Positions 36,651 through 51,615 are shown, counted from the stretch's first letter. The stretch: 64,000 bases of DNA from Octopus sinensis (GCF_006345805.1 NC_043001.1:76756001-76820000), one strand, 5' to 3'. Notes: a model not told the origin generated them from the letters alone. Numbers and translations: made by a program.

Positions 36651-36853
36651 AAGATGACGGTTGAAAGTCTGCCTCCTCCAAGTGGGTAAGTTTTCGGAGC
36701 AGCTGTTCATTGTCGGTGCGTTGAAACCAATCCCAAAAATATTTCTTCAGAGCGGACTATTGAATTTAGACAGTGAGGATGAGGAATACCTTGTAAAATA
36801 TTTAAGGTTGGGATTAACGGAAAATCTTGCCTCTCCCAATATAGAAACATTTC

Positions 36854-37250
36854 TCATGGACCAGTAGACAAAATGGAATAGGCGTTGCTCCGGAGAATAG
36901 CGAGGGAGATGCGCTGGAACAACCACTCTTGGCTCACGGGGCTCGCACTTGCGGACAGCCATCTCCGCCCCATTGCGGTGAGCAGAGATATAGTCCAAGG
37001 TTCAAGAACGTCGGAGGTCTCAACCGTCACGGACTCGACCATAAACTTGTTGGGAGAGCGACCGAATGGAAAGGCGTTACTGCGGAAGATAGCGAGGGAG
37101 ATGCACTGGAACAACCATTCTTGGCTCACGGGGCCCGTAATTGCAGACAGCAATCTCCACCCCGATAGGGTTACGGTCCAGAGATATGGTCTCAACTTCC
37201 ACGGGCTCGACCATAAACCTGTCGGAGAGCGACCGATACCTTTGACGGTT
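36854..37250 (-). pseudogene. CRE-like non-LTR retrotransposon C-terminus (restriction-like endonuclease end), tandemly duplicated
   Basis: VETSDVLEPWTISLLTAMGRR...EWLFQRISLAILRSNAYSILSTGP* resembles the VET...FQRISLAIQRGNA C-terminal motif of CRE-type elements. Two ~190-bp copies start at about 36874 and 37066. Confidence 0.7.
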
Positions 37251-37615
37251 TTTCTTTTTTTTCTCAGCCTAACGGGCAGCGGATCTTGGACTGATTAGCT
37301 GACAAAACCAAGTTGCCAGTGGAGAAGGTGCCGACAGCGAAACTTGAATTGATAGTGAAACATTCACCCCGCTTCATTCGCTTTACGTAAAGCAATTTCA
37401 CTCGGCTGTTAGTATTATTTCATTAGTAAATATTTTGTTGTCATTTGTCACTTAACCAACCTAACGTTGTGTGAGTGTTAGCTGCAGATGGGAACTGGTT
37501 TCGTTGTAGAATAATTTGTTCTCTGCACAACAAACAGATGGTTGCGGCTTTCATACCAATCAAAACCTCACCAATTGGAATAAACTTCCCAGGTGCAAAA
37601 CACTCACACAAACAC

Positions 37616-37675
<60 letters not shown>

Positions 37676-37966
37676 ACATGGTATTTGAGAAGGACTCCGT
37701 GCATACACGTGTGAGATTATGTGAAGATATGAGGTGTAAATTGCAAATACACACACACACACACCACACACATTGCATGAGCAGAACTGCATCTGTGTAA
37801 TGATGTGATAAGTGGTGTTAACTTCGTGTGTGTGTGTGTGTGTGTGCGTATGTGCGCGCGCGCATATAACACACAAACTAATTAAGATTGCGTCGCGTAC
37901 GTGTGCAACAAAGTGAAAATATATACATAATTGTAAATTTTTTTCGTTTGTGTATACGTGTGTATG

Positions 37967-37997
<31 letters not shown>

Positions 37998-38666
37998 AGA
38001 TTTTTGAAGTGGTGTACAGATTTTACATATCTGTGACGAGCTGGCAGAATCGTTGGTACGCTGGGTGATATGCATGGCGGTAATTTCGTCCGCCTCTACG
38101 TTCTGAGTTCAAATTCCGCCGAGGTCGATTTAGCCTTTCATCTTTTCGGGGCTCAATGAAACAAGCACCAGTGGAACACTGAGGTCAATGTAATCGACTT
38201 AACTACTCCTGAGTATGAGTATATCAAAAAAAAAAAAAAGAAAGAAAGAAAATTGCATCCCTCTGTCAAACCACATTGAGCCAGTTTGGCAGAGTAGGCT
38301 CATCAAACCAGTCTGATCTCAAGCTCAAACTCACAGCCTACACATTGAACCGTGGATGATGGAGAGAACATGCTGAGGCCTTCGTCCCATAGTGGACTGA
38401 ACATGCGCAATCTAATATATATATATATATATTTCCTTTCATTTCAGGCACTTGACTGCAGCCATGCTGAAGCACCACCTTTTAGTCGAAGAAATCTACC
38501 CCAAGACTTATTCTTTGTAAACCTAGTACTTTATTATATCGGTCACTTTTGCCGAACCGCTACGTTACCGCTAAACACACTATATATAATAGGCGCAGAG
38601 GGTCATAGTTTTTGCCAAATAACCACACGCACTATATACTTGCTCTTCATTTCAGCATTATGATTA

Positions 38667-38712
<46 letters not shown>

Positions 38713-39089
38713 GTTAGTGTTGTTTCTCTGAAATCTTTCGGCACACGTCCAATGACCTCTTCAGCAACTCTCCATCCCACTTGTCTTCTTTTTAAGTCAT
38801 TCTGTCCTGTGGTGTGTGTGTGTATATATACACACACATTAACGTTTGATTTTATGCCGATATACATAAAAAAGCTATTTAACGTTAAACAGAAGGATTG
38901 CCCAATACTTTCTAATAGAGTAAACCTTTATTAAGCTTTTACAAGGAAAAGGTTGACAGCGACTTCGAAGTTTCGGCTTCGGCTGCAGTCATGCTGGAAT
39001 ACCACCGTGGTTTTGTTGATTTCATGTCTGGGTTGTTTCGCATCACTACTCCTGTATGTGCGTTTGTCCCAGCTATTGGTCCATTTGTG

Positions 39090-39345
39090 GAGGCGCGTGG
39101 CTTAGTGGTTAGGGTGTCAGCACCATGATCGTAAGATTGTGGTTTCGATTCCTGGACCGGGCGACGCGTTGTGTTCTTGAGCAAAACACTTCGTTTCACG
39201 TTGCTCCAGTCGACTCAGCTGGCAAAAATGAGTAACGCTGCGATGGACTGGCATCCCGTCCATCTGGGTTACACATACGCCATTGAAACCGGGAAACTGG
39301 GCCCATGAGCCTGGCTAGGCTTTAAAAGGGCGCATTTATTTTTAT
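39090..39345 (+). mobile_element. tRNA-derived SINE (family C)
   Basis: GGCGCGTGGCTTAGTGGTTAGGG...GGTTTCGATTCC...GCTGCGATGGACTGGCATCCCGTCCA. Confidence 0.8.
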
Positions 39346-39953
39346 TATTAGTCCATTTGTTATATAAGGAAGTTTGATTCCGCTGCCCTCGTCTATACTT
39401 CATGTCGGGCTGTTGGTTCATCCGGTATTGTGGAGAGGAGGATGTCTAGTTCCTTTTTGAAGACATCTACTTCCACTTTATGCAGATTTCTTAATTTTTG
39501 TGTCAGGGCATTAAAGAGCTGTTGGTCTTTGAACCCTAGGTTATTGCCGTAGCTGGTCCTGAATTTAGATAGAGTGGATGGTACCTTTGGTATTATATAT
39601 ATATATAATTAATTTTATTGTATTTTGTATTTTTATTCGTGTAACATCGTCTGTTTTTCCGTCTTTGTTTTCGTATACATTCGATGCTTTCTTCCAAGGA
39701 ATCTAATGCTCTTAGCTTAATTTTTTCCTTGGGGCTGGCCAGATTGGAGCAATCTCAAGATTAATCAGCCGAAATTGCGACGATGATTCGGTTCTTGACT
39801 GAGGATAGAAAGCTTCGAATGACTCGTCCTTGTTTTTTTGTATCGTCTATCTGGATGTTTTGTTGTCCCTTTTTGTGTCACTAGTTGTCCGGATGCTTTG
39901 CGTTCTTGTCCCATTTTGTATTATATATATACAGCGGCGTACGTACACTTTGT

Positions 39954-39992
<39 letters not shown>

Positions 39993-40811
39993 CACATATA
40001 TAGCGAGAGAGAAAGAGAGATAGACGGGTACGCACACACAGTCATAGAAAAAATGTGTTACTTATTTGTATGTATTTGTATCATTGCGTATAATACACCC
40101 AAAGAAATGCAAAAACAAAACAAAAGAAATAAAGGTAAAACATGAGAATGAACAAAAAGAAAATATAACCCGAACTAGACCCAACAAGCGAACAGCTGTA
40201 GTGTGTAGAGAATGGAGGTGGTGGTGGTGGTGGGGTGCAATAATGATGGGGAGATTGGTAGGAAAGAAAGATTGAATGTGGTTGCGGGGGTGGATGGGTG
40301 GTGAGGTAAACAAAGATATATATATATATAAGAAATTAGATAAAAAAAAATAACAAAAGAACTAAACAATAAAACACAGATACACTGAAAAATAAATGAT
40401 AAAAGCAATAAAATAAAAGAAAGCAAAGTAATAAATATATAAACAAACAAGCAAACAAACAAACAAGCAAACGTAAAACAGACGTTAAATCGTTGCCAAA
40501 AAAAGCTAATCCTTGCAAGTTTGGCTGCATGCCAGAAAGAGGCAAGTTATCGGGCGTTGAGGCTATGTAATTCACTGCTAAGGACTAACGTATTATGTAC
40601 TAACTCTCTCTGTCTCTCTCTCTCCGTCGTTCTTTCTTACCCCCTCCCGCGCTCTCTCTTTCTCTGTTACCCTCTCTCTCTCTCTCTCTCTTTCTGACTG
40701 TCAGTTGGTGTGTATGTCAGCTTGCCTGTGTCTTAGCAGGCAGTATTGTCTCATTGAATGTCTAAGTCTGTTTCTATCTCGTGCTCTCTCTTTCTCAATA
40801 TAACAACAATA

Positions 40812-41010
40812 ATAATCCTTTCTACATAAGGCACAAGGCCTGAAATTTGTGGGGAGGAGGCTAGTCGATTACATCGACCCTCGGGTTTCACCTGATACTT
40901 AATTTATCGACTCCGGAAGGATGAAAGGCAAAGTCGACCTCGGCGGAATTTGAACTCGGAATGTATCGACAATCCTTTCTACTAAAGGCACGAGGTACCG
41001 ATTCTGCCAG
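40812..41010 (-). mobile_element. SINE family A
   Basis: Reverse complement of the Meta-like core and the tail CAGGCCTTGTGCCT. Confidence 0.75.
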
Positions 41011-41635
41011 CTCACTGCCTTAATAATAATAATAATAATAATAATAACAACAACAAAGGTGGAAACATGGGTGGTTCGTTCAACATCCTTAAACAATCCT
41101 TATTCAGGGATCTATTGTGTGGGATGGGCTATTCGACCTGAAGAAAATTTAAACTGGGCCCCACCTGCAAGGTCATGCGCTGTTTATCTTGATGCATGTG
41201 CCTGGTGTGCCCTTATCAGACTGGTAGTCACGATGGTTATACTGGCCTTTGTATATTTTACCTCAGTGTCACTTTGATGGCATGAACTGCTCTCTCACCC
41301 AATAATAATAATAATAATAGAATGTTGAAGTGAATCTAACGGTTTTTGTGTGGTTTTTAAATGGCTTATTAACACCGTCCACACTGCAATTGTTAATAAT
41401 ATTTTCTTTATTAACCACTAAGGGTTCACAAAAACATTGGGGACGGTACAGGTTGGTACAATGTCGGGTTACTTAAAGGAGAGTGTATAAAGAGCAGCAA
41501 ACAATAGAATTTCAATAATGAATAATTCCCCAAAAGAGGAATACTTCTTTGGGTTGCTCGCAGAAACTCCACAAAATCGCGGTCGACCTAATCACGAGGG
41601 CAAGTGCCCTTTTCTCATACTCTTCCGTCAATCTA

Positions 41636-42125
41636 CAGTGATCCCTCGCTACTTCGCGGTTCAACTATCGCGGATTTAAAAAAAAATATATATATATATA
41701 TGAACGCCTAATTTTTTTTTATTAAATCCATTAAAATATTAATAATAAATATTATTTCCTAGTCTAGGAACAACAAAGCAAGCGTAAAATAGCAAAAAAA
41801 AGCACATACGGGGGTATTTGAACTTAAGACGGGCTGGGATTGGTGCAATGGAGAGAGACGACGAATCACAGCTTTCTATTTTGTAATCTAGCCTGTGTAA
41901 CAGTAACAATTAAAAATTTTTTTAATTTAAAGTGTTATTGCTTAACAGTTGTCCTTGTTATTAAAAGACTACTGTAATGGATGCGTTGTTAACAGCACAG
42001 GGAAGGTTTAAAAGTCCAAATACACGTTAAATAAATACTGTAAATATAGTGTCCCTACTTCGCGGAAATTCAGTTATCGCAGCCAGTCTCGGAACCAATC
42101 TACCGCGATAAACGAGGGATCACTG
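41636..42125. mobile_element. pogo/Tigger-like MITE
   Basis: TA|CAGTGATCCCTCG...CGAGGGATCACTG|TA. Confidence 0.88.
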
Positions 42126-42169
42126 TATAGACTTATGCCTACATATTGAGTAAGCCCGTTCACTCCGAC

Positions 42170-42700
42170 CGTCCTAGTCACATTCACCCACATTGGGTGC
42201 ACAAGGCAGCACTTAGCTTTCTAACATAATTTTCCTGTCCAAGGAAACTTGAAAAAAGTCGATGAGAGCTTGGCCCAAGAGTGAAGGTGTCTGTCTTCAA
42301 CCCTTTCAATCTGGTCCACCACACAACCTCTATCGCTAAGGTCGCCAGATTAATACTGCCTGTCCTTCCCGACCAAAGAGAAGAGGTGGGACGATCTTCG
42401 AAGACGAAGGCAGCGGGACTCGGTTGATAACCGGATCCATCCTACATATACACGACAGCAAGTGTTCTATGTAAACTCACGAGTCAGCAATGCTTGGACA
42501 ATGGACGAATGCGTGTAGAACAGTTTTGTCGCTGTGTGTGCATCTCGGATAAGCCCGGCTGACGATACTTCCATACTTGTAGAGTTTATCTCGAGCCAGC
42601 CATGCCACTCGGTAGCACTGCCAGTCTAAGGATTTCTAGAAGTTATCCATAATAGTTCCCAGCCCAAAACTCTTCCGAAACAGGTTAGGTAGTTCGTTCT
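42170..42700 (-). pseudogene. Tx1/L1-like LINE ORF2 C-terminal fragment (zf-RVT zinc knuckle)
   Basis: Minus frame LARDKLYKYGSIVSRAYPRCTHSDKTVLHAFVHCPSIAD* matches the RDKL...CPRC...ETxxH...C pattern, with stops. Confidence 0.7.
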
Positions 42701-44156
42701 TGTCGACTCTTAAAGTTTCTCTAATAATAATAATTCTGGGTTCAAAACATTTGGTGCAAGGTCAATATTTCTGGTGGAGAGAGGTGAGTCGATTACATTG
42801 GACCCTAGTATTTGACTAGTACTTTATTTTAATGATTATAGAAGGATGGAAAGCAAAGTCGATCTCGACAGAATTCGAATTCAACGTAAAAAGCCGGAAG
42901 AAATGCCGTTTAGCATTTTTTCCGACGCGCTAAAGATTCTGTCATCTCTCCGCCTTCCCAATGCGAATAAAAATAATCCTTTCTACTATAGGAACAAGGT
43001 CTGCAATTTAGGTGGAAGGGGTAAGTCAATTAAATTGACCTCGGTACTTGATTGGTAATTAATATATCGACCCCAAAAGAATGAAAAGCAAAGTCAACCT
43101 CGGCGGAATTTGAACTCAGAACGTAAAGACAGACGAAATACCGATAATGATAATAATCATAATAATCATTTCTACTAAAGGCATAAGACCTGAAATTTGG
43201 GAGGAGGGTACTAATCGTTTCAAAGGCTTTATTGGATCTTCTACAATTCGAATGAGAGTTACGGGTAATGGGTACTTTGTGCAATTATTGTGCTGGAGAC
43301 ATGAAGAAGTATGAAAAAGCTTGTTGGTGACAATAAAAATGAGTTTACATGTACAAAGCTACGAATAGGTAGCTTATCGAATGACTAACAGTGATAATTA
43401 CGAGGTATTACATAATCTGTCTTGGAAGTAAAGTGAATGTTTCTCAGATTCACTTTTTCTGATAAGGAGAAAAACTGACTGGTACTTTATTGACCGACCA
43501 TGGAAGGATGAAAGACAAACTTGTCCGCTGTGGAATTTGAACTCAGAAGGCAAAATGCCAGAATAAATGCCACAGGGCATTTCGTACCGCATGCTCTTAC
43601 GATTCTGCCTTTTCGGATAGTCTGTGTATAGGTGCGCCATCGATTTCTCGGTACCCTTGGTTCCTATATCATCTGTGGTCATGTAATAAAACTTTAAATT
43701 TTGTCCCGTTGCTTCTCAATGCTACAAGCAATAGAGGAACCAATGCCATAGACATAACACAGCTTGCATCCCGAAACCCTACAGTTCATTTTTTTTTCGA
43801 CAGTTCTACTCCTTTATCTTGGATTGATATGGATTAGTGCTTACATTTGAAATAACTTCTGCTGATCTTGGTTCTCTTAGTTGTAGCCATAGCTAAAAGC
43901 AATTTTAGGATAAATAACCAGAAGGTATCGTCAGTAACAAGTGCAATGTGAATAACACATGTAAACATACGGTACACACAACATCTGTAGTTGCGCAATG
44001 AACTAGACTGGTGACTAAAGAAATTTCAAGCCCCCCCCCCCACTCTTTGTAATTCATCTGGAAGTGCCTCACTATCACTTCCCGGTTTGTCTGAGGTGCA
44101 TCTATGTGTGAGTGTATGTTTGTGTATGTATATGTGTGTGTGTGTGTGTGTATGTA

Positions 44157-45073
44157 CTGGATGATCCTATAAATAATGCGGGTTTTTTAATACTTTTATT
44201 TTCAAAAATAAACAAAGTTCTTTTTTTAATCTAAAATATACTCTCCTTCATTTTCTACAATTCTCTTTAATCTATCTGGTAGACTTGCAAGGCCCCTCTT
44301 CCAAAATTCTCTTGTCTGTGACAAAAGATACCCCTCCACTACTGTTCTCATCTCGTTTACAGAATTCATATTTTTCCGTCCAAAGAATTTTGAAGAATGT
44401 GGAATAAATGAAAATCAGATGGGGAAATGTCCGGCGAATATGGTGGGTGAGACGTCGTTTCCCATTCAAACTGTTCCTGTGTTTGGAATGTCATCCTCGC
44501 TGTATGTGGCTGAGCATTATCCTGATGGAAAAACACCTTTCGTCTTGAAACCAAAGAGGGTCATTTTTCTTCTAGTGATAACTTGAATGACTGGTTGAAT
44601 GACCAAATCCAAGCTTCTCTGCTAGTTCCTCAACAGTTACGATGAGATTTTGTTCCGCCACGGTTTGCAGGGTGTCATCGTCGAGTTCTACAGATCTTCC
44701 AGGACGAGGCTTGTCTTCTAGGCTGCAGTTACCGGCTCGGAATTTCTTGAGCCACCGTTGACACTGGCTTACGCTTATTGCTTATTGTCCGACCCCAATA
44801 TCCTGCATTAATATTCCTCGCACTTTCCGTCGCATTGTCTTTATTGAACACATAAAGCAAACTATGCTGAATATACTCCTTTGTCACTTCCATTATAGCT
44901 TTGAAAAAATAACTATTAAAATCGAATTGCACTCTTCAAAACTTGCACTAAGAAGAAGTACAATGTAAAATTACTACCTGCTCTTATAGCAAGGTGATGC
45001 AGGTAGTTTATCCCGTCCCCTCCAACTTTTAGTTCATGGAATTGAAAAAAACTGCATTTATGGGATGACCCAA
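44157..45073 (-). mobile_element. mariner transposon, internally deleted, decayed transposase
   Basis: TA-flanked imperfect TIRs (CTGGATGATCCTATAAAT / ATTTATGGGATGACCCAA). ATG at 44893 gives MEVTKEYIQHSLLY. The C-terminal part reads VFFHQDNAQPH...HPPYSPDISPSDFHLF (D,D34D region). Confidence 0.9.
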
Positions 45074-46775
45074 TACACACACACACACACACACATTGTT
45101 TCTGTCATTAGACCGCAGCCATGCTGAGGTACCGCCTTCAAAAACTTTAGTCGAACTTATCGATCCCGCTACTTATTATTTTGTAATGCCTGATACTTAT
45201 TCCATCGATGTCTTTTGCCGAACTTCTAAGTTACACGGGGGTAAACACATCAACACAGTTGTCGAGCAGTGGTGGAGGATACACTCATACACAATGGGCT
45301 TTTTTCAGTTCCACTCATATATCACATCCACTCATAAGGCTTTGGTTAGCACTTGGCTATAGTAGAAGACACTTATCCAAGGTGTCACGCAGCAGGACTG
45401 AACCTAGAACCATGTAGTCGAGAAGCAAATTTCTTACCCCACAGCCACACCTTCCCCTTTATATGATCTTGTTTCAGTCATTGAACTGCGACCATGCCGG
45501 GTCACTGCCTCGAAGACTCCAGTACGTTTTTATTTTAATTCTTTAAAGTTTGCTGCTTATTCTCTCGGTTTCGTTTGTTGAACCGCTAAGGCTAAAGGAA
45601 CGTAAACAAACACCTGTTGTTAAGCGGTGGCGATGTGTATATGGGGGGTGGGTGTGTACAAACACATGCATATATGCAAGAACGACCTTCCTTCATTTTT
45701 TAGTTCTACCAAATCCAGTCACAAGACTATATATAGTAGAAAGCACTTGTCCAAGGTTCCGCATAGTGGGACTGAACTATATGGTTGGGAAGGAAACTTC
45801 TTACCACATAGTTACACCTACACACACACACCACACACACACACACACGCACATTTATTTATTTGTGTGTGTGTGTGTATGCGCGCGCGCTTTTATGTGA
45901 AAGCAGTTGTGCTTCTGTATGTTTGCACGTGTACGTACACACATACACAACGAATTCCTCCAGTGAGGTTTCTAGTGTATAAAACATCAGAACATTTTCT
46001 AGAACATTCTATTTGCTTTCCTCAAGAATCTCACAATAGTCACTTGGGTTTTATGTTTCTCAGTCTGACACGTGCCTTGGTACGAAACTATCGGCCCACG
46101 ATTAACTCTGTATGTGAGAATACGTCATTCCTATCAATGCCTGCATCCCTACTACAATATACCTACAAACCAACGAAGGAGTCCCTATGTCAAGAATAGA
46201 CAGCTTATTTCGAGAAGCGGGCCGCATGTGGCATAATTAGGTGGGCCGCACAATGAAAGAAAAAATTCAAGGTAATTTTTCGTTGGCGTGCCATTCAGGA
46301 AGTCCCGCAAGTCACAGTATGCCAGAGACTGCACTACGTGTCCCTCTCTCTTGCTTGAAATACCAACCAAGTCTTCCTCAAATCCCATCCTACTGAAAAA
46401 AAACATGGAATTAGAAATTATTTAATGTAGTCCTAGATACACTATGCCTGAAAATCGAACAAAATGTTGATGGCGGGAACGTTGTTGATCGTTACCCTAC
46501 TTCTACAAAGTTGACCTTCAGCTAAACAAGCTATCGACTACATATTTAGACATCCACCCCCACCAATCTACTCGTCATAACATCATATGGAATGCTGGCT
46601 TCTTACATCTACATACACATACAATAGAAATAGTTGCACATCTATTACCTGTCCACATACTTATACAAACATATATGAACGTGTGTTTGTGTGTATATAT
46701 GTATATATATATATAAGTCAAATCGAATAAAGAACATTAACAATAACAAACAAGAACGCGCACATGGAATGTACC

Positions 46776-46836
46776 AGTTTGACACACAATAAAAAGAGAG
46801 TTTTTGATGTTTCGAGCATAGCTCTTCGTCGGAGAG
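46776..46836 (-). ncRNA. Putative minimal hammerhead (dispersed family)
   Basis: Minus strand CCGACGA-A-GAGC-UAU-GCUC-GAAA-CAU...GUGUGUC|AAAC. Stem III is ACAU/GUGU; stem I is weak. Confidence 0.5.
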
Positions 46837-47139
46837 GGAAAAATCCAAAGAAGTGGGGGTGGGGCGATCACCAACAGCACGTGTGTAGTTACATTGTTGT
46901 GGCAATAGACTTCCCAGATTCGCTGTTCTTGATGAGCGTTAGCAAACAACACACAAACCTTCGCAGCTTCAAACTTTTAACTGAAACGAAACCGTAACAT
47001 ATTTGCTTCATGACGACGCCATTTTGCACATGATTAATGTCAATAGTGTCAGATCAATGGCCGTGTCAAATATGGGATCTTTTTCTGCCTCACCGAGTAA
47101 TATACATACATACGATCATACACACACACACATATATAT

Positions 47140-47495
47140 ATAACTTAGAAAGGTTTTGCCCAGTATTGGCCCAGGTCATGTCTAACTTAATAGCACCACC
47201 TGGCGAAGTCTTTCAATTCAGGATTTGGGCACCAAGGCCCATTCGAGCAGAGAGTTATTGTTTGCGGAGACATATCCGGGTGTGGGTGGTTTGTCAGCAG
47301 TATTCAAGGTGGGGTCGGGCAAAAGTGGAGAATAGAAGGATAATGGTGTGGGGAATCTCTCAACTGGAAGGTTCTGAGAATCCAGGAACACATTCTGCGG
47401 ACCGTATCAACTTTGCTTATGTTGTTGTCCACAGTTACTCCCAGGTCTCTGATGTTAAGAAAATGGAGGGGATCAATAGGTGGTTCATCAACTTT
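47140..47495 (-). pseudogene. CR1/L2-clade LINE reverse-transcriptase C-terminal fragment
   Basis: Minus frames give NIRDLGVTVDNN...CSWILRTFQLRD and ILLFSTFARPHLEYC, with frameshifts and stops. Confidence 0.75.
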
Positions 47496-47660
47496 TAGAC
47501 ATTATATTATGTCAATTTATTTATTTACTAAACTGATAATTACAATAATATACATACATGTATAACATATTATGCTTTACATATAAGTTATAAAATATAT
47601 TAATATGTAAGGATACCAGTAATTATTACAAAATAACATACATGAATTATATATATATAA

Positions 47661-47731
<71 letters not shown>

Positions 47732-47752
47732 CATATATATATATATATATTC

Positions 47753-47787
<35 letters not shown>

Positions 47788-48413
47788 ATATATATATAAA
47801 TACACTCATAGGTATAAAAGTACTTATGTGTGTATTCATGTACATAAATGTGTATGCATACACACGCACGTGCACACACATTAATATCCCCTCAGTAACA
47901 AACACATGATCCACTACTTCCATCTCCAGAGGAATGTACCAATTCTTTCGACATCAACCGTAGAATATCATTGATATCTCACACACACGCACAGACACAC
48001 ACACACAAACTCGCGTATCTCTGTGGTAACCTTTATTACGAATGGGATGCCGTGCTGAATACCCCAGCTGGGTGCGTTGACACGTCCGTTGTAGCAGCAG
48101 CAACAGTAGTAGTACCCTGCTGTAATATCTGTTGCTACCCTCAACCCATATATACTTACATATCTACCTACGTGCCTGTATACCAGTCTCCTTACACACC
48201 TAAGTATCTCATCAAAAACTTACGTGTATATGTGTGTGTATGTGTACTCAAATTTGTTGCTGTATATATATATATATATGTGTGTGTGTGTGCGTGCGTG
48301 CATATGTGTTTGTGTACATGTACACAAAAAATGTTGAGGCGCACACACTCTATGTATATACCCACACAGACATACCTATAATGTATGTTACGTATGTATG
48401 TATATATATATAT

Positions 48414-48447
<34 letters not shown>

Positions 48448-48626
48448 ATAAACTCGTATAGACATATTAGGTACACATACATACATGTAATGTTATGTAT
48501 ATATGTGTATACACACACACACTCTCTCTCTATTTTTCCTCTCTTTCTCGTCACATGCATACAGACGCTCTTATGAGTGGCACAATAGTGCGACGCGAAA
48601 CGTCTTGTTCTAAATAACAACTGCAA

Positions 48627-48673
<47 letters not shown>

Positions 48674-48937
48674 TATATACATATATACTTATATATACAT
48701 ACATATATATGCACGAATATATATGCATATATATATATACACACATATACATATATATACACATATATATTTACATATGTATGCATATATATATATGCAT
48801 ATTCATGCTTATATATACATATATATATATATATACACACACATATATATATATTATATATATATATATACACACACACACATCTATACATATATATACA
48901 CACACATCTATACATATATATACACACACATCTATAC

Positions 48938-48999
<62 letters not shown>

Positions 49000-49015
49000 G
49001 CATATGCATATATAT

Positions 49016-49047
<32 letters not shown>

Positions 49048-51460
49048 GCATTATGCATATATATCTGCGTATATATATATGAATTACTCGCGCTTACGCA
49101 CACGTTAATGTAAAAACTGATTGGATAAACTGACAGATACTTTTACAGCATTACGTAGCGTTTAATCATGTCTATCGTATAAAAATGTTATTTCTCACAT
49201 TGACACAATACTAAAAATACGGCTGCTTTTCTTGGTGAGGAAAGTTAAATCGACCTCAGTATTCTGCAAGTATTTATATTTTGACTTTTATTTTGTTTCA
49301 CTCATTGCAGTGCGGCCATGCTGGGGCACCACCTCGAAAGGTTTTTAGTCCGAGAAATCGATTCTAGTATTTGTTTACTTATTTATTTGGTGTGGTAATT
49401 GTTCTGTCGGTGTCTTTTGCCGAACCGCTAAGTTATGGGGGTTGTGAGCAAACGGACGCTGGTTGTCAAATGGTGCGGGAGGACAGATACACACACACCA
49501 CACACATATATATATACGACGGGCTTCCACACAGTTTCCGTCTACCAAATTCAATCTCAAGATATTGGTCTACCTGGAGCTATAGTAGAAGACGCTTTGT
49601 GGAATTGAACCCAAGACCACATAGCTACGCTTGTGCCTTCATTGACCCAAATAAGATGAAAGTTTGGTTTCATACATTTTTCTTATTTTATTTGAAAATC
49701 TCTTTTTATGCTAATTTCACATGCGTATTGCGTATTCATAATTTTTTTTCAGTTCCTACTCAAAACTGCTTACAGATCACAACCATCTCACGAACGCAGG
49801 TTCGTGAGGAGCGTTTCGCGTTCCGATGGTTGTGAAAAGAACACGGGCGTTTAAAGAGTGAAATTTTTAAAGATCGACACTTTTTATTCATTTCATCCAA
49901 TTAATATTCATCCATTCGCGGTACGCAATCGCAATTTTATAAAAACGCCATTTTTTTTTTGTATTTTGTATTAGTTTGTTTGGAGACACTACTTACTTTT
50001 TTCAGGAAGTAAATAATAAATATAAGAAAATGAAACTAAAATTAAAATTAAACAAAAATTAAAACGAAAATGAAACAAAAATCTTTAGCCTAACCAAGTA
50101 GTTCTCATCCGGGATCTGTATGGCCTCTAGGAATCCACATGGCCTCTAGAGGTCCACATGAACCATGTGGGTCCATATAAGATTATGCTGTTGAAATTTG
50201 TGCAATAAACTGGCTATACTTCTACAATGCACAAAATATTTTAATTCTTTTAATAGAACTCCTAATAATATTTAATTATAAAAATGTAATGGGACTTTTT
50301 TAAACATAGAATGTTTATTAGGGTTCAGTAGACCAAAATAAGAACCATAAGGGCCCATAGGTTGATAATCAATGCACTGAACCCTAACCCAAAATGGTTT
50401 CAGTTGGTTGCTTTGGGGCCATGTGAAATAAAACATCGTCTGCTTTTTTGATCTCCTTTGCCGAAGCCCTAAGTTGCTAGGACGTAAACAAACCAGCACC
50501 TGTTCTCAAGCGAAGGTGGGACACAAACACACGCACGCGTGTGTGTTTGCGTGTACGACGGGCTTCTTTCGGTTTCAATCTACTAAATCCACTCACAAGC
50601 TTTTGTTCAGTCCGACGGCTATTATGGAAAGACACTTGCCCGAGGTGCTACGCACTGGGACTGAACCCAGAATCGTGTGGTTAGGAAGCAAATGTTTTAC
50701 CGCACCGCACCGCACCGCCTGTGCAGCAATTTTTCTATGAAATCAACAGAAGTGTCTGTCAATCCGCAACCATCCGGTTGACCTTGGCATGATTCGAAAT
50801 CAGAACGTAAAAGAACCGTATCTAAAATATTGCTACAAGACATTTTAATAAGCATCTGCCAACTGCTCGTCACAGTTAAGTGTTAGAGAGAGAGCAAGAA
50901 CATGTACGTCAATGTGGCAGGTTCATACATTAAAAGGCATCGCGCCAGCTTATAAAGTGCACAAGGTGCGGTTTTTATCAAGTCTTCCCCCTTCTCTCTT
51001 ACTATAAACGAGTCGCTAACATCAACGAAACTCAAGTATTTACATTAAGCATCACCAACTAGATTTACAAATCGACACCGTCACCTTCAACAATTCTTTT
51101 TTTTTGTTTCAACTGTTAACAAACAATTTATTGAATGACGTCAGTTCCACGCACCTTCCTCTTTCTCCTTACCACACTTCTACAGTTTCTTGAAGCCGAT
51201 GCATGGAATACATTTCTGTTTGTCTTTTTATTTAATTATGTATTTTATTTGTGTATTTGTTTTGTATTTGACATTGTTATATGGATTTCGTTGCTTTCTG
51301 TTTCTACTCTTGATTTTCGAGACAAGACAGGTACACACACATACGTCTGTTTGTGTGCTTAAGAATATAAGAATAGTTTAGACTTCGAATTTCCGTCTGC
51401 TTATATATATATATATATATATAAACGCATATATGTATTACATATATATATATATATTAT

Positions 51461-51505
<45 letters not shown>

Positions 51506-51510
51506 CACAC

Positions 51511-51615
<105 letters not shown>

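Noticed and set aside
36885-37298. 137-aa plus-strand ORF with internal repeat
   Set aside because: Antisense of the duplicated CRE-like fragment.
47037-47498. 153-aa plus-strand ORF
   Set aside because: Antisense shadow of the CR1-type RT fragment.
50096-50374. hAT-Charlie-like MITE (and a lone CAGTGGTTCTCAACC end at 60122)
   Set aside because: TIRs are too degenerate and no clean 8-bp TSD is visible, so not listed as a feature.
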